NCBI GenBank assembly: GCA_043228905.1
Contig: JBHGNT010000008.1
Span: forward strand, 10,602,001-10,666,000
Length of the DNA stretch: 64,000 bases
Origin: Azolla caroliniana
Taxonomy: Eukaryota; Plantae; Polypodiophyta
Reading direction: 5' to 3'
How positions within the stretch are numbered: position 1 is the stretch's first letter; each line of letters opens with the position of its first letter. The translations under genes were made by a program, and so were the position numbers. Shown here one piece after another: positions 35,125 through 47,619 of this stretch. Under the pieces are notes generated by a model that ran no database searches, was not told where the DNA came from, and was given only the letters and a program-made list of their open reading frames with translations.

Positions 35125-35205
35125 ATGACATCTGAGAAGGAGAGAGAACTGCAGGTTTATGTAGCCAAGGTTGCTGAGCAGGCTGAGCGCTATGAAGGTA
35201 AGAGT

Positions 35206-35238
<33 letters not shown>

Positions 35239-37560
35239 ATATCCTAATATTTGTGTCCAAGGATGTATTGCTTAGTTTTCTCTGTCTCTAACCCTAATTG
35301 TATTTTTCGATCTTTGGAGGAAACAGAGATGGTTGAGGCCATGAAGAATATTGCCAATCTTAATGTTGAGCTCAGCGTTGAAGAGAGGAATTTGCTCTCT
35401 GTCGGATACAAAAACGTGATTGGTGCACGCCGAGCGTCGTGGCGTATCTTGTCATCCATTGAGCAAAAGGAAGAGAGCAAAGGAAATGAACAGAATGTGC
35501 AACGTATCCAGGATTACAGAAAGAAAGTAGAAGCAGAACTGACAAACATTTGCAACGATGTTCTCACTGTCATCGATGGTCATCTCCTCCCATCTTCGAG
35601 CTCTGGAGAGTTTGCTGTCTTCTACCATAAGATGTATGTCTCTTGTTTCTTTGCTGACATTGGTTACATCTTATTTCTAGATTATGATAATGTTTCCTTT
35701 TGTTGCATTCTGTATAGTGTATATACTCTTGTGTGCTCAGGCCCTTTTTTGTCATATCCTATGCGTAGTTATGTTGAAAATGTTTGTACTCTCTTTTCTC
35801 CACATTGAGTGCATTCTTTTATCTACTTAAATATATTTTTCTATGTTCATTTTAGTCCACATTGAGTACGTTCTATGTCTGGGTTTGTATGCCTCTTGCT
35901 TGTCCACATTTAGTGCATTCTATTTCTGGGTATGTTTGTAAAATTCTTCCTCGTCCATATTGAGTGCATTCTATGCCTGGGTACGTTTGTACATTTCTTC
36001 CATGTTCATATTGTGTGAATTCTATGCCTCGGTATGTTTGTTTGTTCAAGTTTGCCTATATTGAGTGCAACCTATGCCTAGTTATAATTGTACTCTTCTC
36101 TCTTGACCACATTGAATACACTCTATATACCTAATTATGCGGTATTTCTCTTATGGTCATGAGTTTTCAGGAAGGGTGATTATTTTCGGTATCTGGCTGA
36201 ATTTAAAGCAGGAGAGGAAAGAAAGCATGCTGCAGATCAATCATTGGCATCCTACCAGGTAAACGCTCATTTTTGTTTCAATGCTCAATGCTAGTAGTGA
36301 AGTTAACTATGCACAAACTAAGGTCATGCATATTGAACTTTAGGTATTAACGAGGGAAATGTTTTCCTAAGCTTCTATAGCCAGATATCATGTAATTGAT
36401 CTCTTTATCTTCAGCATTGCATATTTTCTAGCATTTATGTACCCAGACCCATTTTCTTAAGAACTTTATGAGCTAAATTGAACTAACCATGGGGATCAAT
36501 GCTTCTAATTTCCTAAACTTCAAATTCTTGCCCTGATCTTGATGCTATCATTTATGATAAAAGCATGTTTGCAGGTGTCAATATTATTAGAGTGCCACAT
36601 TTCCCCTATTAATACTTCCACTGGTTTCCTAATCTGAACATATAGGATTTAGGGGGTCTATCTTCAGTGATCTCCTAATCTTTGAAGATTGACATTGGCA
36701 GGCAGCCTCTAATGTAGCGGCTACTGACTTGTCTCCAACACATCCAATTCGGCTTGGCTTAGCACTGAATTTTTCAGTGTTTTATTATGAGATTGTGAAC
36801 TCACCTGAACAGTAAGCTTTTTTCCTTCTAAACAACCAAGGTTGGGCACATATTGTTTTGTCCCTTCCATCATATGAGACTGGTTGGGTATGTATCAGGG
36901 CTTGCCAACTTGCGAAACAAGCATTTGAGGAAGCAATTGCTGAACTTGATACCCTCAATGAGGAGTTTTATAAAGACAGTACTTTGATAATGCAACTTTT
37001 GAGAGACAATCTCACACTTTGGACATCGGATTTGCAAGGTAATGAGGTTGGTTATAGAATGGTAAATGTATTACTTGATAATACAGATATATTTTTTTTA
37101 CTTTTTGCTCCTAGTGGATATAGGTGATGATCAAATCAAAGTTGAAGAAGATAAAGAGGTAATGCCACCTTTCAAATTACAACATCTAATTCTCATTTTT
37201 ATGAAGCCTCCTTATAACTCTCATGATAGGGATTGCTGCTGCATGTAGATACCTCCTATGCTTGCAGCTATTTATGCCTTTGCACGCTATTGTATATCTG
37301 AATGAAGGACTGCTGGTGCATGTAGATCCCTTTTAAGCCTGCAGCTATATACGCTTTTCAAAGTTATTGTATTATTGATATGTATAAAGGCTGGAGGCTA
37401 GTGACAGCGCCTCCAATGACATCCAATTGGGCTTGGCTTAGCAACACGAAAATGATTTAGAATAAGATTCTATTAGGATCTATTACATTTGATGCATACC
37501 AAATTGACATGACCATCTTTTGTGATTATTTCTAATTTTCCCTTGCAGCTAGGTTCTTAA
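35125..37560 (+). CDS. 14-3-3 protein (GF14/GRF family), epsilon-type multi-exon gene, ~255 aa
   Basis: GT-AG exons 35125-35197, 35327-35633, 36171-36258, 36702-36811, 36899-37038, ~37115-37158, last exon uncertain (37549-37560 or 37659+). Motifs [79 protein letters not shown]. Confidence 0.92.
35780..36130. repeat. ~44-bp minisatellite in 14-3-3 intron 2 (about 8 degenerate units)
   Basis: Recurring GTCCACATTGAGTGCATTCTATG.CTGGGTATGTTTGTA. Confidence 0.75.
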
Positions 37561-39513
37561 TTATGTTTGATTATATTAGCATTATATTTTTGCATGTATG
37601 CTTTTTCTAAGCTTAAAGCTTGTGATTGTATTTCACACTTGATTATGGCGTTGTGCAGTAGCAAGCTCTGAAGGACTTTGTTGAGATCACCAGTGGAAGT
37701 AACTCATGGAGATAATCCAGTGGAAGTAACTCAAGTTAGTCTATTGTAGTTCCTTCATTAAATGGTTGGTATTTTGTAGTGATCGTTATCAAATTCAAGA
37801 TTTAAATGCCAAATTTCGTTTGGCCTTTAACTCTTATGTGTCAGGATGTGTTTTTACAGACACTATTATGGAAAGACCATATACGATTGAAGCTCAATCA
37901 AATGTCAGATACTGCATTTCTATAGCATTTGAATGGGATACGTTTATTTGGAAATAAATACTTTTTTTAAAAACATTTTATGCCATTTCTGATAGAGATT
38001 AGAATCTTGTAATTTGAAGATATTCCAATTTTATATTTTGTTGCCCTTCAACTTGATCTTCAGTACCCTGATAACTCATATATGTTAGAAGGTTCTAAAA
38101 TAATTCCAATTTGATCATGTGGACTTCACAACTTTTTCTTCAGTGAGATCTTCACCTGTCTCCCTGATTCTGGACGTGGTCATGGCACAACACTATGGAT
38201 ACCTCTTGATTTTGAGTCTTAAATGTAACAATAATCATGCTCTTATAATTCCATAAAGTACTAGCGTAACTTCGGAACATTTTTGTCCTATTTGGAGAAG
38301 TTAGCATAGCATCATTATGCTGTTTTGTGATTGTCGAAGGGAGCATACTGGGATAAACCAAGAATTATTCTACAAACATGTGTATGTAGAAGGGGATTAA
38401 TGAAGGTCGAGGTCTAAAGTCAAGATGAAAGCTGCTTGTATTTAAGCATTCCCTTGAAAACATGTAAATTTTTTACCCCTATTTTATTTTCAAACATCTG
38501 ATCACAAAGGCTGTTAAAAATTAAAAATTTAGTAATCAATGCTTGCTGTAATATATTTCCCACCAGAATTGCACAGTTTTAGCTTTTTTGTGGTAGTGGT
38601 TAAGATTCATCCACACCACATATATACATATAGGGCGTGACTTATAACAAACATCAAGGTACTTCATAGTATCACAACAATTTAAATATATTATTAGATG
38701 CTTTATGCTTAATAAATATAAGGGTTTTGCTGACAATAGAGTGAAACTGCTCTCAAGTGTTCTTGTGATGGCCACCCAAAGTTCACAATGATTGCCCCAA
38801 ATATATTAACAAATTACCAATTGAATAGGTCTTGTTATAGCAAATAAATAATTTATACAAGTTTTGTTATATCATGATAGGAAATAGATTATAACCCCAT
38901 GACATTGTGAAGGGCATTGTCTTTTGTCAGCATGTGGTATGAATTGGTCTCTAATAGAGAGTCCAATAAGAAGCAAACATCGAATATGGTATCCCTCAAA
39001 TCCACTATGTGTAATCATGTGTTTGCTTGAGGATGAACTATATAAGTTACTTTGAGAATATATGCACTATGATTAAATTTCTCTTTTGGAGGGATTTTTA
39101 ATGGAAACATTTATGTTTTATAGATCACAAAAATGGTAAAATGCTATATCTAGGAAAATGAAGAACAACTTTGGAGTGGTGAATGTGGGCAAGTGGTTAC
39201 AATTTTTTATAATTAGTGTTAACTGTAGATAAGTGGTCAATTTATTATTATTATTTCAAAGCATATGTGCTTGTAGTTTATCAAGATCTACTTTGAATCT
39301 TAGCCCATTGGTTTGCATTTAAGTTGAGTTCAACGTAGGGTCTTGTAGTTTATCGAGATTGTTAGAGATTTATTCTAATGTAAGCATAAATTAAGGAAAA
39401 AGATAAGATAATAAAGAGAAAGAAGGGTGCCAATCCATCCGATTCCTTGTAAGAGAAGGATTGAGACGGGTTTGAGCCTTGAATGACGTCCCATACTACT
39501 ACCACTATGTCTT

Positions 39514-42500
39514 TGTTGAGCGGCAAGCTCAACCGGAGCCGGATCGGCTGAATAAGCTTGAGCCGGTAAGCAGTAAGGAACGGTGAGCTGGGGAGCCGGT
39601 ATGCCGGATCCAATCCGTAACTGGAAGCCTAGTATAGGTTAGACTACTAGGCAGTTATAGTCTCGTAGTTAGTGTCAGATGCTCGTGTGAGCATTGAAAG
39701 TACATACACCGTACTTCTAACAGTCCCGTGCAGACTTGTATAAATATCGCTGATGAGCACGTTGTAGATACAGAGCACAGAGTATTCATATAATTTTGGA
39801 AAATAGTGTGTTTTGCTCTCTCTCTGTCGCTCCCGCGTACTCTCTCTCTCTCTCTCGCTTTGTGTATTGTTCTTTCTAACGCTTCCACAAGCAATCTTTT
39901 ACATGGTATCAGAGCGCGTGGGTTGAGAACCTCTGCTGCAGACATCTACGCTTGTGAAGGAAACCCTAACAGATCGGAAAGCAGACACAAAAGGAGAAAT
40001 GGACAGAGGTATGACTACGCCGCTCCCGATGGAGAAGCTCGACAGAACCAACTACGCATCTTGGTCATACAAGATGCACCAGTACTTGCTTGGGCATGGC
40101 TACTAGAGTTATGTTGACGGAGTGAACGACTCAGCACCGGAGACGACACACAAGGACTTCCCAGTGTGGGAACAAGTGGCAAGCAGGGTGATGTACTGCT
40201 TCGCGTCCAATGTCGGTGACCAACTGCTCAACCATATCCGTGACGCCAAGACACCGAAGGATGCTTGGGGAAACTTGAAAAAGGTTTTCGCTGCAAGCAC
40301 CACTGCCCGGAAGCTGCAACTCAGACAGGAGTTGAGCAGATTACACAGCCCGGATCAAAGGGATCTGTGACTCGCTTGCCTCTATTAACGTTACCGTAGA
40401 GGAAGACAAGATGGTGTAGGTCTGTCTTGGAGGCCTCGCGTCCAAGTTCGGAGCTTTCCGGACTGCGGTTTGTACAAGGGAGAATACGCCCTCATTTTTC
40501 GACTTACAATCGATGCTCCTTGTAGAGGAGAACCACGCCGGTGCATCTACCAGTGCATCCCCCATATAGCTGGATGCTGTACACGGGAGCGGATCGGTCC
40601 CGCGGGCGTGGTGGACGAGGCAGGTCGGCACGCAATGGAGGTGGCCGGCAAGAGCATGAACGAAGGCAAAGTGAGTGTGCCAACAATAGTTCTAGGACTT
40701 CCACAAGCAGAGGGAGTCAAGGTGGTGCCGGAGGCCGGCAAGACAAATCCGCTACGGAATGCTGGTACTATGGCAAAAAGGGCACAGGGAAAGCGAGTGC
40801 TGGAGAAAGCGTGCCGATTCAGACAAATCCGGATCCGGCAAGACCGGTAAGGAAGGCCGACAAAGCTCGCACTACGCAAACGGATCGGGAGGATCCAAGA
40901 ACGGTAAGGGGCCAGCCTTGGTGATGAAGCACAAGGCAAACTCAATGAAGAAGACCACTTCCAAATCAGAGGAAGTGTGGTACGTTGACTCCGGCGCATC
41001 GAACCACATGACGAGCCACGGGGAGTGGTTCTCCTTTTTGGAGAAGCCGGATCAACCGAGAGTTGTCGAAACCGGAGACGACACTCCCCACCCGATCGTG
41101 CACATCGGAGAAGTCCCTTTGAGCCACGTCGGACAAAGGGGGAAGCTGATGAATGTATTACATGTTCCGACGATCACGAAGAACCTGGTGTCGGTCGGAC
41201 AGATCGTCGACCAGGGGATGCAGGTGCGGTTTACGCACCTCGGGTGCTTCATTGAGGATAAGGGCGAAGTTATTGCGCAAGGGCGCAGAGATGGGAGGAT
41301 GTTTATCCTCAACACCAATGATGTCGGCACCGCACTGTTCGCCAAAGGACAAAAGGTCGAGTCGGATATCGACCTGTGGCACAAGCGGATCGACCACATC
41401 AACTACCGGAGGCTTCAAGACCTGCAAACGGAACAAGTCGTTTTTGGTTTGCCGAAGTTTAGCGGCCGGAGAGCCCAGATTTGTGAAGCCTGTCAACTCG
41501 GGAAGAAACATCGGCTTCCATTCCCCACCGAAAGAAATTGAAGCCATAACAAGCTCGATCTTATCCATTCGAATGTGTGGGGACTGGCACAAAATGTTAG
41601 CATTGGCGGGAGTCGATATTTTGTCTCCTTCATCGACGACTACACGCGGCATACGTGGATCTACCTCATTGAGCGGAAGAGCGAAGTCTTCGAGTGTTTT
41701 CGGAACCTCCAGAAGATGGTGGAACGGGAATCGGAGAGGAAGATCAAATGCCTACGGTCGGATGGCGGAAAAGAGTACTTTTCCGGCCAATTCAACAGCT
41801 ATTTGCAACAAAAAGGAATTCGACGAGAATTTAGCTGCAGATACACACCGCAATAGAACGGTGTGGCCGAAAGGAAGAATCGGTCGCTGATTGATGCGGC
41901 TAGGGCAATGCTGGAGGAAAAGAGCATGCCCAAGTTCTACTGGGTGGAGGCAGTCCAAACGGCCGTTTACATCCAGAACCGGATCGGGGACAAGGTGTCA
42001 GCTCACGAGCTGTATTTTGGGCGCAAGCCGAATTTGAGACACCTCCGGATATTTGGCAACATAGCCTATGTACATGTGCCGGATGAGAAGCGGAGAAAGC
42101 TGGATGCAAAATCGGAAAAATGCATCCTAGTCGGCTATGCTCAAGAGCAAAAGGGGTATAAGTGTTATAACCCCCGAACGAAGAAGGTCCGAGTCAGCTG
42201 AGATGTCGAGTTTGATGAATCGGCATCGTGGTATTCCTTACCAACTCCGACTTCCGATCCCGATCCGATGTCGGAGGATGGGGCTAGTGAGCCTGAACCG
42301 GCCCAGGTAGAGAAAGATGAAGCCGAGACTCAAGATGAGAGTTCGGAATCATTCCGGTTAAGCGGACCGAATGAGAGACTGGATCAGTCCAACCAGTCGG
42401 ATGATGAGACGGCGAGTAGTGGAGATTCTGTCGTGCTCTCCCCGCGCAAGGAACCGAGGAGACGGTTCACACGCAAAGAGAAAGGGAAGCAGAAGATGCC

Positions 42501-45376
42501 GGAATTCGAGACCGGCAATGGTGAGTCGGATCGGTGTGTATCTGACTTCGGCAAGGACATAGGCAGATCTTCGGGAACGAAGACCGAACCGGCCAAGAAG
42601 GGTCTCATACTAGGTAACGGTGAGTTACGCCGATCCACCCGCCAGAAAGATCCCGTTAAACGGTACAGGTATAACGAGTACATGGCGCATCATTATGCGT
42701 ACATGACCAAGGTTGCGGAAGTGCGTGAGCCGGAGAGCTACGCAGAAGCGACAAAGGACACAAATTGGCGTGGCGCTATGGAGGAAGAAATGCGGGCACT
42801 CGATGCCAACGGAACTTGGGACCTGGTTGACCCTCCCCGTCACTGTAAACCGATCGGATGCAAGTGGGTGTACAAGGTAAAGTACAATGCCGACGGTACA
42901 GTTAACTGGTACAAGGCCCGGTTAGTGGCGAAGGGATATGCGCAGACCCACGGAATCGACTATGACGAGACCTTCGCTCCTGTAGCGAAGATGACGACGG
43001 TTCGTGTGGTACTGGCGGTTGCTACGGCAAGGGGGTGGCATCTTCATCAAATGGATGTGAAGAATGCCTTTCTTCAAGGAGATCTTGAAGAAGAAGTCTG
43101 TATGACTTAGCCCCCCAGATTTCAGTCGGAGGTGAACAAGTCAGCGGTATGCCGGCTGAGGAAGTCGTTGTACGGCTTGAAGCAAGCCCCCCATGCTTGG
43201 AATGCTAAGATCACGCACCGGTTGCGAAAGATGGGGTTTGGTGCCTCTAAGTCCGACTCTTCCCTGTTCATCCGTCAAGGCTCAAACGGTCCAGTATGTA
43301 TCTTACTCTATGTTGATGATTTAGTCATCACTGGCCCAGGTCTTCCGGAAATCAACCGTGTCAAGTCCCAGTTGTCGGACGCATTCGATATGAAGGACTT
43401 GGGGGACCTTCATTATTTTTTGGGGATCGAGGTGATCCGCACCCCCGATGGCATATTGCTTTCTCAACGCCATTATGTGTTGAATATACTATACAAGTTC
43501 GGCATGACGGAATGTCGACCTGTCTCCACACCCCTGGACCGGAATCAGAAGATCCGTCCCAACTTCGGACCAGCCTGCGATGAGAAAAGGTTCCGACAAA
43601 TAGTCGGAAGCCTGATCTACTTGACCATCACCCGACCCGACATTAGCTATCCGGTCGGAGTGGTAAGCCAATTCATACAGAAGCAGACCGTGGAGCACCT
43701 TCAATGCGTGCAACAAATACTGAGGTATGTAAGCGGCACTAAGGACCGGGGGCTCTTATATCGGCAAGGTATAACCGAAGAGCTTGTTGGCTACACGGAT
43801 GCCGACTGAGCTGGCGATGCAACGGATCGTCGCTCAACTTCCGGCTTTATGTTTTCTCTTGGGAGCGCAGTTGTTGCGTGGAGCAGCAAAAAGCAGCCAA
43901 CAGTGGCTCTATCCAGCACTGAGGCTGAATACCGGGGCGCGACCGTTGCCACCTGCGAAGCCATTTGGCTTCGGCGACTACTGCAAGACCTGCGGATCGA
44001 GGTACGGACCCCGATCCTGATCTACTGCGATAACCGCAGCAGCATGCAGCTCGCCAAGAACCCTGTGTTCCATGCTCGCACAAAGCACATAGAAGTGCAT
44101 TATCACTTCGTGCGTGAGTGGGTCCTGAGCGGTGAAGTTGAACTACGGTATGTTCACACGGATCGGCAAGTTGCCGACATCTTCACCAAGCTGCTTGGGT
44201 CGGACAAGTTGTAGCACTTTACCGAAATACTTGGTGTTCAGCATCTCGACGTGCCGCACTTGAGGGGGAGACGCAAGGGCAAAGACACTACCGAAATGGG
44301 CAAAGGCAAAAAAACTATTGAACCCGTAGGTAAGAGAAGAACCGGTAGAGGTGGAGACAAGAAGAAAAAGGAAGCCGACTCGACGAAGGAAGTCGGCACA
44401 TTCGAACAGGTCGGAGTGAGCGGCTGTGAAGAAGAAGTGTACACTTAGGAAGAGAAGTGCATGCTATGCGGAGGTCATCATGATCGTAATGGCCATGATG
44501 CGGAGTCGAATGAAGAATTCGACTTTGGTGAACCAACTGAAGAAGCCAAGGGAAGCACGGAGAAGGCCAAGACCCGGACGTGGTCCAATGTGGTGAGAGG
44601 CCTGAAGCCGAAAATCAAATCGGAGGATACCGATTCGGACAAGAGCTGGAACGAGTTGGAGACAGCTGATTCGGATCAACAGACGGATCCGGATGAGTCG
44701 GATCAACGAGAGGCCAAGGAGACACGGACGCAGCAGAAGTCGATGCCATCGCGGAGGAACCGACGGATCGGCAAGCGCCATAGTCATAGCAGCGAAGGAG
44801 CTGAGATGGGCCTATTGAGCAGACATGCCGAAGGATGAGGCGCGCAGAACCAAAGGGGTCGCGGCAAACGGGACCGGACCGGACAAGGAGCGCGAGCAAG
44901 GTGAAGTGACGCTAGGAGAAGTCGGCTGGAAGAACCGGCTGCCATAGAGGTTGACACTACGACCCTACCTCAGGTTGAGCTTGAGGGGGAGTGTTGAGCG
45001 GCAAGCTCAACCGGAGCCGGATCGGCTAAATAAGCCTGAGCCGGTAAGCAGTAAGGACCGGTGAGCTGGGGAGTCGGTATGCCGGATCCAATCCGTAACC
45101 CGAAGCCTAGTATAGGTTAGACTACTAGGCAGTTATAGTCTCGTAGTTAGTGTCAGATGCTCGTGTGAGCATTGAAGTACACTGTACTTCTAACAGTCCC
45201 ATGCGGACTTGTATAAATAGCGTTGATGAGCGCGTTGTAGATACAGAGCACAAAGTATTCATATAATTTTGGAAAATAGTGTGTTTTGCTCTCTCTCTCT
45301 CGCTCCCGCGTACTCTCTCTCTCTCTCTCTCTTTGTGTATTGTTCTTTCTAACGCTTCCGCAAGCAATCTTTTACA
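39514..45376 (+). mobile_element. Full-length but mutated Copia element D2
   Basis: LTRs 39514-39903 and 44992-45376, TSD GTCTT, PBS 39904-39915, PPT GAGGGGGAG; polyprotein broken by several premature TAG/TGA codons. Confidence 0.95.
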
Positions 45377-46369
45377 GTCTTCAAGTTGTACATGGTACTG
45401 GCTACACACTTGCCACAAGATTCTGTTCACTGCAAGATCATAGGCTCAACTAATGCCCCCCAACGAGGATAGCTATGCCTCTTATTTATAGCTAAACTGA
45501 AGACCCCTAGACAAGTTCACACTTGACCCTTAAATGTAATGTTGTCTCGATCCCTAAGATTAAATGTAATGTTTCCTTCTTCACACTCTCAATTAATCAT
45601 CACACTCTTATCCTTGTGTATAGAAAACTACGATCAAAATTACCACGAGATAAGCTATGAAAACATTGCATTCTAGCAATAAGAAGTTAGGAAAGATAGT
45701 TTTAATGGTGTTTTCCTATCCCCATGTAACATCTTTTATAGACTTATCCATCCATTTAATTGTGAGCTCTCAGATTGTTTTGGAATGTAAGTGTTTGGTA
45801 TTAACATCGAGAATTTTCTCTTGTATATGTGATTTAGAAGCTAAATCCTCAGAGGAGCATCAAGTGTGTCGAGTCGCGTTGGTTTTCTACTTACGAGTAG
45901 TAAAACCAAACGTGCCTCTACCTTCCTTTCAAAAAGAATTTTAATACTAAGAAAAGACAAAATTAGTGGCCGAGTAAAGGTCACTTACCTTTAAGATAAG
46001 AGGCGCGGTTAAAGAAGAGCAAGCCATCGTTATCTAAGCTAAGAGGACAGATGCCTTAAAGAGGGCTAACTCTTGTAGAATAGGATAATTAAGGTATTTC
46101 ATGGGTAGAATTCATACTCATAGCCAATCGAGTTTCCGCTTGCTTCTTTCCTTCCCCTAATGAACCTTTCAACCTCACATTATTCCGTTAACCAAAGTTT
46201 CAATTGTAACTGTATTATTGTAAAAACTAAGTTCTTTTAAACAACTTATAATCACTTGCATTGCTTTCAACCTAAAAAGGTTTTGAAGGATCTTGGCACA
46301 CATTCCTTTAGTGACTTAAAGGTGATGTCAAATGTTACATTCCATGCTATCAACTTTGTAGACGTACAC

Positions 46370-46990
46370 GTGTGACCATTAAGAAGATTAGTAAATGGCA
46401 TTGTCAATTGGGAGATTTTCTCTAAAAACCCCACAAAACCAAGGAATGATTGAACTTCTCAAATATTCTAAAGAGTGGGCCAGATAAGACAAGAAAGTTC
46501 AGTTTCAACTCGGACTCTTTCGTTATGAGATGTTTGAGATATGTAATTAATTTTTTGAAGAATTCGTATTTTAAAATCTTTGCATGTAACTGTAAAACAT
46601 GTTTACCATGTTCTTCCTATGTATGACTATATAAACTAGAATATCATCGAAGAAAATGACAAGAAATTTTCCAAATTGTTCCCAAAAGATGTCGCTCCTT
46701 GTTGAAATGTGGTTGGTGTATTGGCCAAACCAAAAAACATTACCAAAAACTCATTATGGCCATAGTGTGTATGAAATGTTGTTTTAGGAACATCATGCTC
46801 ACTTGCACGAATCTGATTGTAGCTTGTATGAAGATCAATTTTGAGAAATATCGAGCTCCTTGGAGACGATCAATAAATTTGCCAACTCGGGGAATAGATA
46901 TGAATTCTTGATCGTCAGTTTATTCAAACATATGCAACTAATACACAATTCATATGGGGGTAGACTTATTGGTGCAGCTCCAGGTAAAAA
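46370..46990 (-). mobile_element. Old Ty3/Gypsy reverse transcriptase relic
   Basis: Minus-strand reads [36 protein letters not shown]; heavily decayed. Confidence 0.75.
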
Positions 46991-47062
46991 ATCTATATGA
47001 TGGTCTATAGGTCTAGGAGTGGTTGTTCAATGTGAGATAAATGATTCCAATACGTGGACCGT

Positions 47063-47249
47063 GAAGAATTTGTTCTCTGTCGGATACAAAAACGTGATTG
47101 GTGCACGTCGAGCATCGTGGCATATCTTGTCATCCATGGAGCAAAAGGAAGAGAGCAAAAGAAATGAATAGAATGTGCAACATATCCAGGATTATAAAAG
47201 GAAAGTAGAAGCAGAATTGACAAACATTTCCAACAATGTTCTCATTGTC
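47063..47249 (+). pseudogene. Degenerate duplicate of 14-3-3 exon 2
   Basis: Aligns by eye to ~35385-35571 with scattered substitutions and an in-frame TAG at 47169-47171; no flanking intron sequence. Confidence 0.9.
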
Positions 47250-47360
47250 CACAAACATTACAGAAAGAAAGTAAAAAATTGGGTCCCAATACATGGTGAG
47301 GGAAAGAGCATTTACAACTACTTAAATGATGTGTATAGACCTTAAGAACAACAAGAATTT

Positions 47361-47619
47361 GACCTTTATGGTCTATAGATTGTTGAGATCGAAGTCGGCC
47401 ACAACCAGTTTATACTCTAGTGTATGCTGGTGCAAAGATTTGAACAAACAAAGACAGGAAGCAGAAATACATACGTACAGTGACACAATATGTTTTACGT
47501 GGAAAACCCTAACAAGGAAAAACCACGAGAGTCCACAAACTTTGAACTATCTCACAATGCGAAAGGAAATACAGAGAAAGACTCCTAGGCAACAACCTTG
47601 GGCATAGTAGAGATGCAAC
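47361..47619 (-). repeat. Partial Copia LTR (family A/B-like U5 end), cut by a family C element
   Basis: Shares TCGGCCACAACC, TTTACGTGGAAAACCCTAA..GAAAAACCACG and GGCAACAACCT motifs with A/B LTRs. Confidence 0.65.

Noticed and set aside
35634-35808. C-terminal part of ORF 35251-35808 as coding
   Set aside because: Read-through into intron 2; 14-3-3 similarity stops at the GT donor at 35634.
35611-36968. U-to-C editing repairing the 14-3-3 Phe codons to Ser
   Set aside because: PPR-mediated editing is organellar; nothing here supports editing of a nuclear mRNA, and linkage to the PPR gene is likely incidental.
45440-46370. Possible LTR belonging to the old Gypsy relic
   Set aside because: No convincing TG...CA ends, TSD, PBS or second copy could be found by eye.
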